From Octopus vulgaris (taxonomy: Eukaryota): a DNA stretch of 64,000 bases. Positions 24,724 to 35,700 of this stretch are shown piece by piece. The notes under the pieces are model-generated. The model was not told where the DNA came from and did no database searches. It saw only the letters and a list, made by a program, of their open reading frames with translations. The stretch spans positions 868,001 to 932,000 of the forward strand of contig OX597816.1 in assembly GCA_951406725.2 (NCBI GenBank), in the 5' to 3' direction. The first letter of the stretch is position 1; every line of letters begins with the position of its first letter. The position numbers and the translations under genes are program-made.

Positions 24724-27554
24724 TCATGTAAAGAGTTCAGGCCACTTGAGGTCCAGGGAGGCTTTGAACAAAGCGGTCGTCGGCATCTTCACCATCTCGT
24801 CTGGCAGCTTGTTCCACGGATCCGCAACCCGGACGGAGAAAGCTCCTCTCCTTCGATTGAGATGAAATCGTCGCAGGTAGAGCTTTTCGGAATGACCCCG
24901 CAGCCGACGCTCCGGAGCAGGAGTGAAGAACAGCTCTTTCGAGAGGTTACACTTCCTGCTCATGATGTTGTGGGCGAGAATGAGATCACCACGGCGGCGG
25001 CATTTTTCAAGAGAACAAAGGTCGAGCGTCCTCAGCCTTTCTTCGTAAGACAAATTTTTGAGACCATGAACCATGCGGGTAGCCAGCCTCTGGACTCTTT
25101 CAAGGTGCTGTATGTCTTTGAGGAGATAAGGAGAAGAGGCTTGAATCCCATACTCCAATATGGGTCTCACCAGCGTGACATAGAGTGGCAGGAATATGGC
25201 TGCTGTGAGCATTCCGAATGACCATCGAATCAAAAACAGAATTCCGCGCGCTTTGTTGGCAGCATGGACGCACTGGGCCGAAGGCGAAAAGGAGGAATCC
25301 ACCAAGATACCCAGGTCCTTTACCTGATCGGCTCAAAATCAAGTTGAGTTGCAGGAGTAGAGCCGACAGCACTTTGACACGTTCAGACACAGGTCCCAAT
25401 CGTTAGACCACTTCCAAATTTGGTGGAGGCATCGACGAAGATCCTCTATATTACCGCGAGGAGCGACCAGTTTGATATCGTCGGCAAATAGAAGGGTGTG
25501 TTGCGTGAGGTCGTCGGGCAAGTCATTTATGAAGACTAAGAACAACAAGGGCCCAAGCACTGAACCTTAGGCACGCCACTGCTCGCACTGGAGACGTCGG
25601 ACCGCGAACCATTAACTTGAACTTGGAAGGAGCGATCTGAGAGGAAGGCACCAACCCATCGTACAATATCCGGATGGAAACTATATGCTTGAAGCTTGAC
25701 AAGTAGTAGGCGGTGGTTTACCGAGTCAAAAGCTTTGGCAAAGTCCAATAAAACGATGTCAACAGCATCACTATCATCGAGGATGCGCGTCACCAATTCT
25801 TCCATTACTAGTAAGTTGGACAAGCATGATCTCTTCGGCACGAAGCCGTGTTGGGAATCAGTGATCGAGGCTGTGTTTAGGAGGTGGAGCATCATACTTT
25901 TCTTAAGGATGGTTTCGAACATCTTGCTGATTATTGATGTAAGGGAAACCGGTCGGTAGTTAAGCGGGTCTTCGCGGCTCCCTTTCTTGAAAATTGGGCA
26001 GATTATCGCTGTTCTCCAGTCTGCAGGTATAACACCCGTCACCAATGACATATTGAATAGTCGTGTTAAGGGCTCACAGATGACCGGAGCCAACGCTTTG
26101 ATAACCCGTGGGTGTATGCCGTCAGGGCCGTGACCCTTGTTGACATCGAGGCCTTGAATAACACGTTTGACTTGGTCCCGCGTGATGATCAATCGAAGCA
26201 TTGGAGGTACCGATCTATCAAATGGAGGGGGTTCACGACCATCATCTTGTTTGAAAATAGTTGAAAAAGCCTTGGCAAATAATTGACTCTGTTGATAAGG
26301 GTCCTCAATTGATACGCCTGTTGAGTCTACCAACGTTGCAATCTGGTTGTTCAAGCGGGAATTCCGTTGGACATGGGCAAAGAAGGTTTTTGGATTGCTA
26401 CTGGCATTTGCCGCGATTTTGTATTCATAACTGAAGCGTTCTTTCTTTTCAATTTTCACGGCTCGGTCTCGTTGAGTTTTGAACACCTCAAAAGCTGCAG
26501 TCGAATCCAGATTTTTGAATTCAGCCCAAGCAATATCTCTGAGTCAACGTTCTCGTTTAACCTTCTTCGTCACCCAGGGCTTGTGTTTCTTCCTCTTGGG
26601 AAGTCCAACGGGAACTGCCTGGTCAGTCAAACAGATTACATATGCTTTGAGGGACGACCATAGTTCGTCAACTGAGGACAACGTCATCAGGGAACGCCAG
26701 TCCAGAAGCGCGGAAGCCTCGGTTAGAATTTCAAGACTTAATTGCAGAGAAGACTCTACGTGGCAGCGAAGTAATCGTGGGCGTGGAAAAAGTTGTGTGC
26801 ATGACGAACTTCAGGACCGCATGATCACTCTTGGCAAGAGGGGCGCACACCGATACGTCTGACACTGATCTTGGATAGCGGGAGAATACCAGATCTAGCA
26901 TAGATGGCTGCTGCCCAGACCGATGCCTTGTCGGATATTCAACATGCTGCGATAGAAAACAATCTTCAGCCACGTCAAGAAGGGCCTGCCCGAACCGGGA
27001 AGATGTTGTACAAATTGATGCGGGCCAATCGATCGTGGGAGCGTTGAAGTCGCCTAGTACCAAGCAGTCATGCGAAGCTGAAACGAATCTTATCGCTTCG
27101 AGTAGATGAGCATCGTCCTGTAGACAGCCAACACGGGCAGGCAAAACTCAGATAGGCTCAGCTTGCAATAGACAGCATCGAATTTGGTTGTAGGTTGAGC
27201 ATTTGTGGGTAGAATACCGCAGGACGGTTTGTGCTCAGACTTAACATACACAGCAACACCTCCACCTCGCCTTTTTCCTCTGTCACATCTGAAAAGGACG
27301 TAGCCCTGCAGGTGGATCTCTGAGTCCTTTACTGCTGGAGTCAGCCAAGTCTCGGTGATAGCTATCACATCAGGGGAGTCGCGTAGGGCCAGTGTAAATA
27401 GTTCACTGAACTTTGGGAATAAGGAGCATGAGTTGGTGTAGACGATGCTGAGCTGCGAAGTCTGAGGGGCGGGAGTTGGGGAACAAGCAGAATAAAGGGC
27501 ATCAGAGATAGCATCGTTGACGGGGGTATCAACTTCACTTCGATTTGCCCTCAC
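24724..27554 (-). pseudogene. LINE ORF2 (APE and RT), split by several frameshifts
   Basis: Consecutive domain pieces in ORFs 27090-27554, 26731-27144, 25536-26486, 25339-25560 and 24724-25305. Confidence 0.85.
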
Positions 27555-28702
27555 ATCACTACAGCATGGGACCAGAGGTAGGACTTGATTATCTGTCCAC
27601 CTTGGATTCGTAAACCCTTCTCTCCCATTTGTTTCCTCATCTTTAGCTCGGATATCAGGTTCCTCCGGCGAATTCTCTCTCTTAGTGAGTATTCCTCGCG
27701 AAAACCCATATTGGGGTCCTCCCAGGCATGCGTCTGAGCTCTGTTCAGAAAGACCGAAGCCTCCCGATCAGAAGAAAAGATTACCCTTATTGGGCGTGGT
27801 CTAGTATCTGCGGTTGGGTTCGCCTGGAATCTTCCTAGCCGAGCGACCTTAAGAACACTGACATTTTCGTTCACAGAGAACAATTTTCCAACCAAAACGG
27901 AAACAAAATTAATGTCATCTTTTAGGCGGTTTATGCCTGTATCACAGGTGGATTCAGCATTGCCATATATTATTGCCGATCTTGAGTGGGCAAAAAGTCC
28001 TCTATGAGCTGCGGTATTCGATTCTTCATTGGAGGATTTCGAAAGGGTGGTTTCATAGCCATCGGACTTATGTCGGATTGTGGGGCCGATCGGAATGGAT
28101 TTAGTGGTCATAATTTTCCCGCCTGGTTTGGAACTGCACTGCCTCTTCTTCGGTTTGGGGGAGCACCACTCCCCAGATGAACCCACATCGAGATCGTTCA
28201 GAATTGGTTGAGCAATGGCATTAATGGGAAAGACAAGTGAAGGAGAATCCAAACAGATTTTATCGTGATCAGGTTTCATAGCCAAATCTGCCCCTCTGGA
28301 GTTTTGACTACGTTTCTTCTTTTGGGGAGAACAACGGTCTTCAGGTGGGTTTGAGTCTACGCCCCTCGAACTAGGTTGGGGAACCTCCGGGACCGAAAAG
28401 GCAGATGAGGAAGAATTCGCACAGGAACGATCATGTGCAGAAACGACCGCCAGTTCCTTCGCCTTCTTTGGCCGCCTCGATTTTGTTCCCTTCGGTTTGG
28501 ACGTCTCCAGGGAAGAAATCAAGGGTGACTCTGCGTCAACAGGAGACTGTTTATTCAGTAAGAGAGCAACAACAGACTTTAGGTGCTCAACCTCTTGTTT
28601 GAGCAACAGCAACTGTTCATTGAGCTGACTATTGGTAAGACTATCATCTTGATGAGAAGCCCTACTTGCAGATCTCAGTTTCGATGCGTAGGTAGCTGAC
28701 AT
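27551..28702 (-). CDS. LINE ORF1 protein (383 aa, open)
   Basis: N-terminal coiled coil (LLKQEVEHLKSVV) and C-terminal RLGR...RPRPIRVIF...ERIRRRNL..ELK.R motifs of CR1/L2-type ORF1; directly upstream of ORF2. Confidence 0.8.
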   Translation of the reverse strand: MSATYASKLRSASRASHQDDSLTNSQLNEQLLLLKQEVEHLKSVVALLLNKQSPVDAESPLISSLETSKPKGTKSRRPKKAKELAVVSAHDRSCANSSSSAFSVPEVPQPSSRGVDSNPPEDRCSPQKKKRSQNSRGADLAMKPDHDKICLDSPSLVFPINAIAQPILNDLDVGSSGEWCSPKPKKRQCSSKPGGKIMTTKSIPIGPTIRHKSDGYETTLSKSSNEESNTAAHRGLFAHSRSAIIYGNAESTCDTGINRLKDDINFVSVLVGKLFSVNENVSVLKVARLGRFQANPTADTRPRPIRVIFSSDREASVFLNRAQTHAWEDPNMGFREEYSLRERIRRRNLISELKMRKQMGEKGLRIQGGQIIKSYLWSHAVVM

Positions 28703-29657
28703 GATGGATGGTTGACTAAAAACAATGTTCTATGGGCTCTAGGACAAATCGGGGTTAAATCAGGAACAAAAAACAGGTGCAATCCTTGTAGGAGTAGGCA
28801 ACAGCAGACAAAAACTGAGAGAGTTTGGGCCGAGCCGAATCACAATCCAAGATTGAAAGCAGACGGTGCAACGAGTCGGGAACCCTTCCTAATTGTCTGA
28901 AGCAGCTTTCGGATAAGGGATAGTATGTCCAACTTTAGAATATTGATATGCATGCAAAATGTTCCACTCGATTAAATATCATTTGACGTGCCATTTAGTA
29001 CTTCAATAATTGCATCTGCGCATGTTTGTATATGTGTGAATACTGTGTTTATGTGCGAGAAGGCACATGTTTTTGTCTATTGTTAAATTAGATTATTAAT
29101 CTTTCTTCTTTTTCTCACGTTTTTCCCTTTTAAAGTATTTCTTTTTAAAGTAAATTATACGTTGGAGGGAGGGCTGGGGGTTTGATGGTTGATGCTGTAC
29201 TTGCATGTAATGATTCTGCAAAAAAGGCTTGGAGATGAAAGACTGCTAATGACTAATCTCTGCTGAGGGGTACATCATTCACCAGGGAGGGTCTTTGAAT
29301 TTAGGAGCAACCACATATCACACTGTTTGGTGAGAATATAATTGATCTAGCTAGCACAGACACCTGATTGGTAGGCTAGCAGGTGGCTGGCTGCCTGCCT
29401 GTAGTTTGTGTTGCAGATCAAAAGGTTATTTACGCATGTCTCCCATAAACTGTCTGATCCATGGAAAAATGGATGTTCAAAGATATTCACCAACTGAAAA
29501 CACAAGATAACAGTCACTCTTTATATGCTGTAGACTCTGCTAATTAAATAGCTTGTATTCATTTTATTCGATGTTTGCAGAGCTAAAGTATGCACAAGTG
29601 ACCACTCGGTTGTATAATGAAACACATCAGACAAAATCTTATCTTAGCCAATATAAC

Positions 29658-29663
29658 TTTATT
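29658..29663 (-). terminator. RPL13A polyadenylation signal AATAAA
   Basis: tttatt on the plus strand, 20 nt after the stop codon. Confidence 0.75.
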
Positions 29664-29683
29664 ACACTCTCCAAGCAATGAAT

Positions 29684-29767
29684 CTATCTGTAACCATAAC
29701 CTTTGATTACTTTCTCATAACTTCGAATCTTTTTGCTCACAGTCTCTTTAGCTTTTCTTTTCAAGGC
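29684..29767 (-). CDS. RPL13A: RPL13A exon 7 ([27 protein letters not shown])
   Basis: tttacag acceptor; TAG at 29686-29684. Confidence 0.9.
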   Translation of the reverse strand, partial: ALKRKAKETVSKKIRSYEKVIKGYGYR

Positions 29768-32700
29768 CTGTAAATGAAGAAAACAAAGGAAAATATTATA
29801 CCAATAGCACAAAAAAGTTTGGAACAAAATAACATATTAAGAAATGAAAAACTTACTGCATCAGATCTTGCTTTTCCAACAAAGATACTAGATTTCGCCT
29901 TTCTTTTAGCTTCTAAACTGGCAATGACAGGTTGGTATTTCCAGCCAACTTCATGAGCCAATCGATTCAAATCGCAGTACTGTGAAATAGAATTTTCAAA
30001 ATGTCAGATTTAATAAATTCCTTGTAAAAATAAATAAACGAAAGCAACCAAGATGTGACATTGGTTCACATTTGGACAGTTGCAGTAAACAGCAACAATA
30101 GGATGGCAAGGGAGGAAACTGCAACAAGGACAGAATCAGCTGAGTCATCAGTGTTTGGTTTCTTTACATCAATCGTCAAACAATGTAGGTAAATGTTATA
30201 ATCATCATCGACACAGCTAACTCCACCAGAAAGGGCAATCATTTATACAACAAAGTAGATTTTTAACAGCCAAATGCCTTTCCTGCTCCCAAGAAACTAT
30301 TTTTATAGAGCGATACTTAAATATTATATAGTAAAGAACTTCTTGGAAAGTTATCCCCAAGGAGCACATTTACAAATTAAATCTGAGGTACAAACTTTGT
30401 GCTAAAAAAATCTGTTCATTTACGTTGCAAGTTTTACAATATTCTTTTTCAAATGTAACTGAAACAAAGACAATGTATTCCAACAGAAATATGGTAACAA
30501 ATGGGTTAAAAAACCAATTTAAGATTCTCTTTGTACTTGGTAAAAGCATCAAAACTTGTCATTAAACTGAGATGTTTAGTGGCTGTTAATAATTTTAACA
30601 AAGAAAACCAAGAAATTACGTTTTAACATGAGAATAATCATCACAATTTATAACTTCTGGCTGATATTAACCATGTTTTGTACTCATTCACCCACACACT
30701 TTAAATCCTCATGAGACATCCTAATTATTGCATTGTCACAAGTTAAATTCAGAAGGACTTATGCCAAATAATTAGAGACCTTCAAACAGGAGACCAATTG
30801 AAAGGTCAGTCAAAAAGTTGAGATTAAACTGTTTCAGAGTAAAAAAGACCTGCCAATACAGAGCTCTTATAAATCAGCCGAGTTATCAGATTCTGATTAA
30901 TTCTCATAGAAGAATCAAGCAATGTAGGTAATTAAAGTCATCATTAACACAGCTGATATATTGAGACCAAACTAGTGAGATTTACTAACTGAAATATGCA
31001 ATGTGTTGTATCTAAATAGAGAAAACCAGCAGCAAATGAAATGGTAGGAGAGGTAACTCAGTACTTCGTTGTTAACTTGCTCTCATCGGTCTTATTAATA
31101 AGATGAAATTATTGTCATTACAAAATGTAATTAGAAAGAAAGATGAAATTATTTCAGTTCAGCGACTTGAACATGAAATGAAGACGATGGTAATGCTGCT
31201 ACGAAGAAATATCCACATTCCCATGGTCGCATGGGTTAGACAGAATTTGTTATGGTAGATCTACAACCAAATGCCCTTCTTTTCATAAGCTCTTAATGGT
31301 TCTAAAGCAGGGCCAACCATTTTCCAGGCAAACAACATTGCATATCTGAGAGCAACAGTTGCCCACAACTACCACAGGATGTCAAGACAAGGGACACAAC
31401 CAAACAGAGGAGAATTCTGGTCTAAGCACCCCATAGAATCCTTCAACTTTTTTATTTTAGAATTGGCAGAAAATGTTTGCAAATTTGTGTTCTATACACG
31501 GGGATTCAGACAGGCTAGTATTAAAAGGGTTCAAAATTTTGAAAAAGCAATGTGAAGTTTATACAAACTGTATATTGAGACCATAAGCTGAAAACATGTA
31601 ATCAGTGGACACTGATAAATACTCTTTGAAACTAAGACATTGCCCATATCAAGAGTCCTGGCAATGACCGAGACCGAGAGTAAATGGAAATACCAACACA
31701 GAAAAAGTGATGAAGTCATAAGAACACTTGTAAATCAGCTGAGTTGTCAGATTTTGTTAATTCTCATAGAAGAATCAAGCAATGTAGGTAATTAAAGTCA
31801 TCATTAACACAGCTGATATACTGAGTTCATAAGAGTGGATCAATTGTGGAAAAGCAATTAACCCTTCTGAAATTGCCTTCAGGTTCTATAATATAGAAAT
31901 TTCCATTTTAAAATCACCAAAAACCCCACCATCAAAATTTTACACTATCTTATGGTCCCAGCATGATAACAACAAATTATGTTAATAAATTCATTATCAT
32001 CTTCAAAATCCTTGGACTTCCGTAGAAGTTTTGTAACAAAAGGGTTAAAGTAATGCTACATTAAAAGCAGGGCTTTTCAGAAAATATATTTTATTTCCAT
32101 AGAGGAAATCACAAATATACATCCGTAAGTCTCTTTCGTTTCAAACAGAATTAAACAAAACTTAATGAATCCAAGTCAACAATTTCTGTATTTTAAACCA
32201 CGCACAAAGTTTGCTTCCCAACCACACGGTCCCAGACTCAGCCCCAGGCCAACCAAAGGCCTGTGAGTGGATTTGGTAGATGGAAACTGAAAGAAGCATA
32301 GCGTATGTATGCACATAATTACATACATATATGTATTTGTGCTTCTGTGTTTGTTGTGCCACCATCACCTGAAAACTGATGTAACTTAGCAGTCCAACAA
32401 AAGAGACTGGCAGAATAAGTACTAGGCTTACAAAGAATAAGTCCTGGGGTTGATTTGTTAGGCTAAAGGCAGTATTCCAGCATGGCCACAGTTAAATGAC
32501 CGAAAAGAGTGTGTAGCATTGACTGCCAAAAGCCAGAGTACTCAATACCATACCAGAGAAGGAAGCCGAGTCAGTCGTTTGCTGTAATTCTAAAGATTTG
32601 CTTGGTGTCCAAAAGGTCGTCGGTTCTAACTCGAGTGATGACAGTGTTGAATGCACAGGAGAAACTGCAAGAGGCTGATCTGACCAACAACAAAACATTC

Positions 32701-35700
32701 TATATTTACCTTTCGGCCAGGTTTTAAACGAATAATTCGGAGAGCTGCTGGAACAATCATTCGCTTCTTTTTGTTGTACTGAGGAGGGATTCCCTCAAAT
32801 GCCTTCAGTCGGCCAAGAGCATCTTTTCCACGCTTAATTTTATGAGGAAGCATACCTAAAGAGAAACAAAAGTACAATGATACAAGCAATACTAATATAT
32901 AAAACAAATTTCACCACATCTCATCACTCTTATTTATCAACACTCCAAACGGCATTAGACATTCTTTTGCAAATTTTAATTTTTGCTCAGGCAGATCTCA
33001 TAATCATCATCATTATCATTTGACGTCCGTTTTCCATGCTGACATGGGTTGGACAGTTTGACTGAGGACTGGCGAGCCAAATGGCTGCACCAGGCAGAGT
33101 TTCTACAGCTGGATGCCCTTCCTAACGCCAACCACTCCAAGAGTGCAGTGGGTGCTTTTACATGCCACCGGCACGAGGACCGGGCAATGCCAAGCTTTTT
33201 TTTTTATTTTAATTCTGATAATACATTCCATAACTGAAAAGTGCAGTAACATTGTTCACGTTTTTCCCCATAAATTTACAGAGTGGGGAACTGCAGACCA
33301 CACACAAAGTATCTCTAATTGGAAAAGCACATCCTTAAAATATCTAAGATTGGTCCTGAAGATAAGGGCCATAAAATACTCCAACCCTCAACAATTGGTG
33401 ACACCATAAAGGTCAGGTGAAGTCCACAATTACGAATTGTTCTCATCTAAGATGGTGCTGCTGCATACATCCAGCAAGAGAAAGTCCCTCTGGACTGTCT
33501 CCACTATAATGGCCCTGGTACCTCAGAGTTGTTGTGCAGCCCCTCGCCAATTTCCTCTCAACAGTCAAGTGGAGAAACATTATCATCCAATCTCATCCAG
33601 GCATCAAATTTGTTTATTTTCTCCAAGAAATGAGAGCCGCAACACTTGATTGTCTTGACAGACATAGCAAATAAATCTCTCAAGCCATACTGCCCAAATG
33701 GATAAAAAGACAAGATGGTAGCAGAAATACTCCACAATATTCACTCTTTTCTTACCATATTTCCATCAAAATACAGTTCTGCTTATTTAATTTTGAAAAT
33801 GAAGAATGTAGTAAAATAACTTTTGTCTCTTAGTTTTCAGAAGATAAACATGAAACCCTGATGTTTTACAACTTTTATATCACCTTAAATCCAACAGCTT
33901 ATAGAACCAGAGAGGGTCTCAAAAGAGTTTATTGTATTACATCACAGAAACAGATTTTAAAACCTGAGTAATACACTCCTTTCCTCAACACAACCAGCTG
34001 AACAAATATACCCACTTTTTAAGGAGAAACAAAACTGCTCTCACACTTTTACAACTATGTCCTTTCCAAGGCACGAGGCTTAGATTTTCCTTACTAAATA
34101 AATCACAAAATTTACATATTGTAACAAAGACTAAAAAAAAAAAGAAAAAAGGTTTTAGGCCTGAGTCTCAGGTGGAAGTGCATGTCTGTGTACAATCATT
34201 AAATACTTCATTTTGGTGAATGATCATCATAGACAACAGGCCAAAACACCTTGATAATTACAGAGAACTTATACTCTATCCCTCTAGATAACAGCGCACC
34301 AAACTGCAGCACACACAGACACATTACTCAATCATAAAGCCACACTACTTCTATTTGTAGTTTGCTAATCTGCTTGAGACAGCCTCTTAGTTCTTATATA
34401 AACTGTTTAAAGTAAAATGCCATCCAAATTTCAGTTTAATGACAAAGCTATATTACTAATTTCTTTATGATTTTCAAAATTAATTGAAATGAAAGCAGCC
34501 TATTTCAATATAGTAAAAGGTTATATAATGGAAGAAATGTAAAAGCTAAGAGCAACTCACTCTCTCAGTGCCTGTTTTATCACTTTCTAGCTAAAACCAA
34601 TCCATGACAGCTGCATGTGAAAAGAACCATCCGAATGTGGTTGACGCCAGATCCGCCTGACTGGCTCCCATGCCAGTGGCACATAATAAGCACTATCGAA
34701 ACATAATCAATGCCAGGCCCACCTGACTGGCTGGCTCCCGTGCCAGTGGCACATAAAAAGCACCCACTAGACTTTTGGAGTAGTTGGCATTAGAAAGGAC
34801 ATCCAGCTGTAGAAATACTGCCAGATCAGAATGGAGCCTGGTACAGCTACTGGCTCTCCAGACCTCAGTCAAACCATCCAACCCATGCCAGCATGGAAAA
34901 ACAGACAAACTATAATGATAAACCAATGACTAACAAAAACAGTCCAAAGAAATAAATGTAGCAGCAACACAAAGCTGGTCTCAAACATCTTTGGCATTTG
35001 TAAAATGTATTTCAGCCAGTCTCAGTTGGTAGTGCATGTGTGTAATAATCATTACTTTCATGACAGTGAAAAATCATCATAGACATAAGGGGCCGAAAAA
35101 AGCATTACTTCACAAAAGTTAGTTAGTTAATTTGGCTCAAAAGCAAATAGGAAGACCATGTAGGGGGACATGGAGTTAAGTACAGGGTGGTGTTCATGTA
35201 AAGAGTTCAGGCCACTTGAGGTCCAGGGAGGCTTTGAACAAAGCGGTCGTCGGCATCTTCACCATCTCATCTGGCAGCTTGTTCCACGGATCCGCAACCC
35301 GGACGGAGAAAGCTCCTCTCCTTCGATTGAGATGAAATCGTCGCAGGTAGAGCTTTTCGGAATGACCCCGCAGCCGACGCTCCGGAGCAGGAGTGAAGAA
35401 CAGCTCTTTCGAGAGGTTACACTTCCCGCTTATGATGTTGTGGGCGAGAATGAGATCACCACGGCGGCGGCGTTTTTGAAGAGAATAAAAGAAGCCAGTG
35501 TAAGAGAGCAATCAGCAGGGCATTGCCAAAAGAAAAAGAAAATGTTAAAGCCATTCAGAACATGGCAAGCCAAAGCTGACAGTGGAACCAAATCCTGTCA
35601 GCTTGGGAAACGAACATTAATTGATGCTTGATCGGCAGAGTTTAAGGTGGTTAATTCATAAAGCCATTAGAGCAGTGTTCTACAGAACCCTAGGGTTCCA

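Larger units (their letters stand above)
24637..29184 (-). mobile_element. Near full-length CR1-type LINE (ORF1, frameshifted APE-RT ORF2, (TAAC)n tail)
   Basis: APE motifs DVIAITETW, RGGGVAVY, GDFN, LDLVF and SDH; RT motifs NYRPVSLTS, QHGF, LDFAKAFDSV, LGPLLF and LFADDIKL; C-terminal LERVQRLATR and RRGDLI. The interrupted host RTE resumes at 29185 with a 3-bp atg duplication. Confidence 0.9.

Noticed and set aside
24700-25221. Plus-strand 173-aa ORF, repeated at 35170-35631
   Set aside because: Antisense shadow of the LINE ORF2 end.
30570-30644. Minus-strand C-box match GTGATGA in intron 5
   Set aside because: No CTGA D box or stem at a suitable distance.
32590-32640. tRNA-like aaggtcgtcggttctaactcg
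   Set aside because: Only a T-arm-like fragment; no cloverleaf could be built.
32635-32683. Plus-strand GTGATGA...CTGA pair
   Set aside because: Antisense to the host, under 50 nt, with no recognisable guide or terminal stem.
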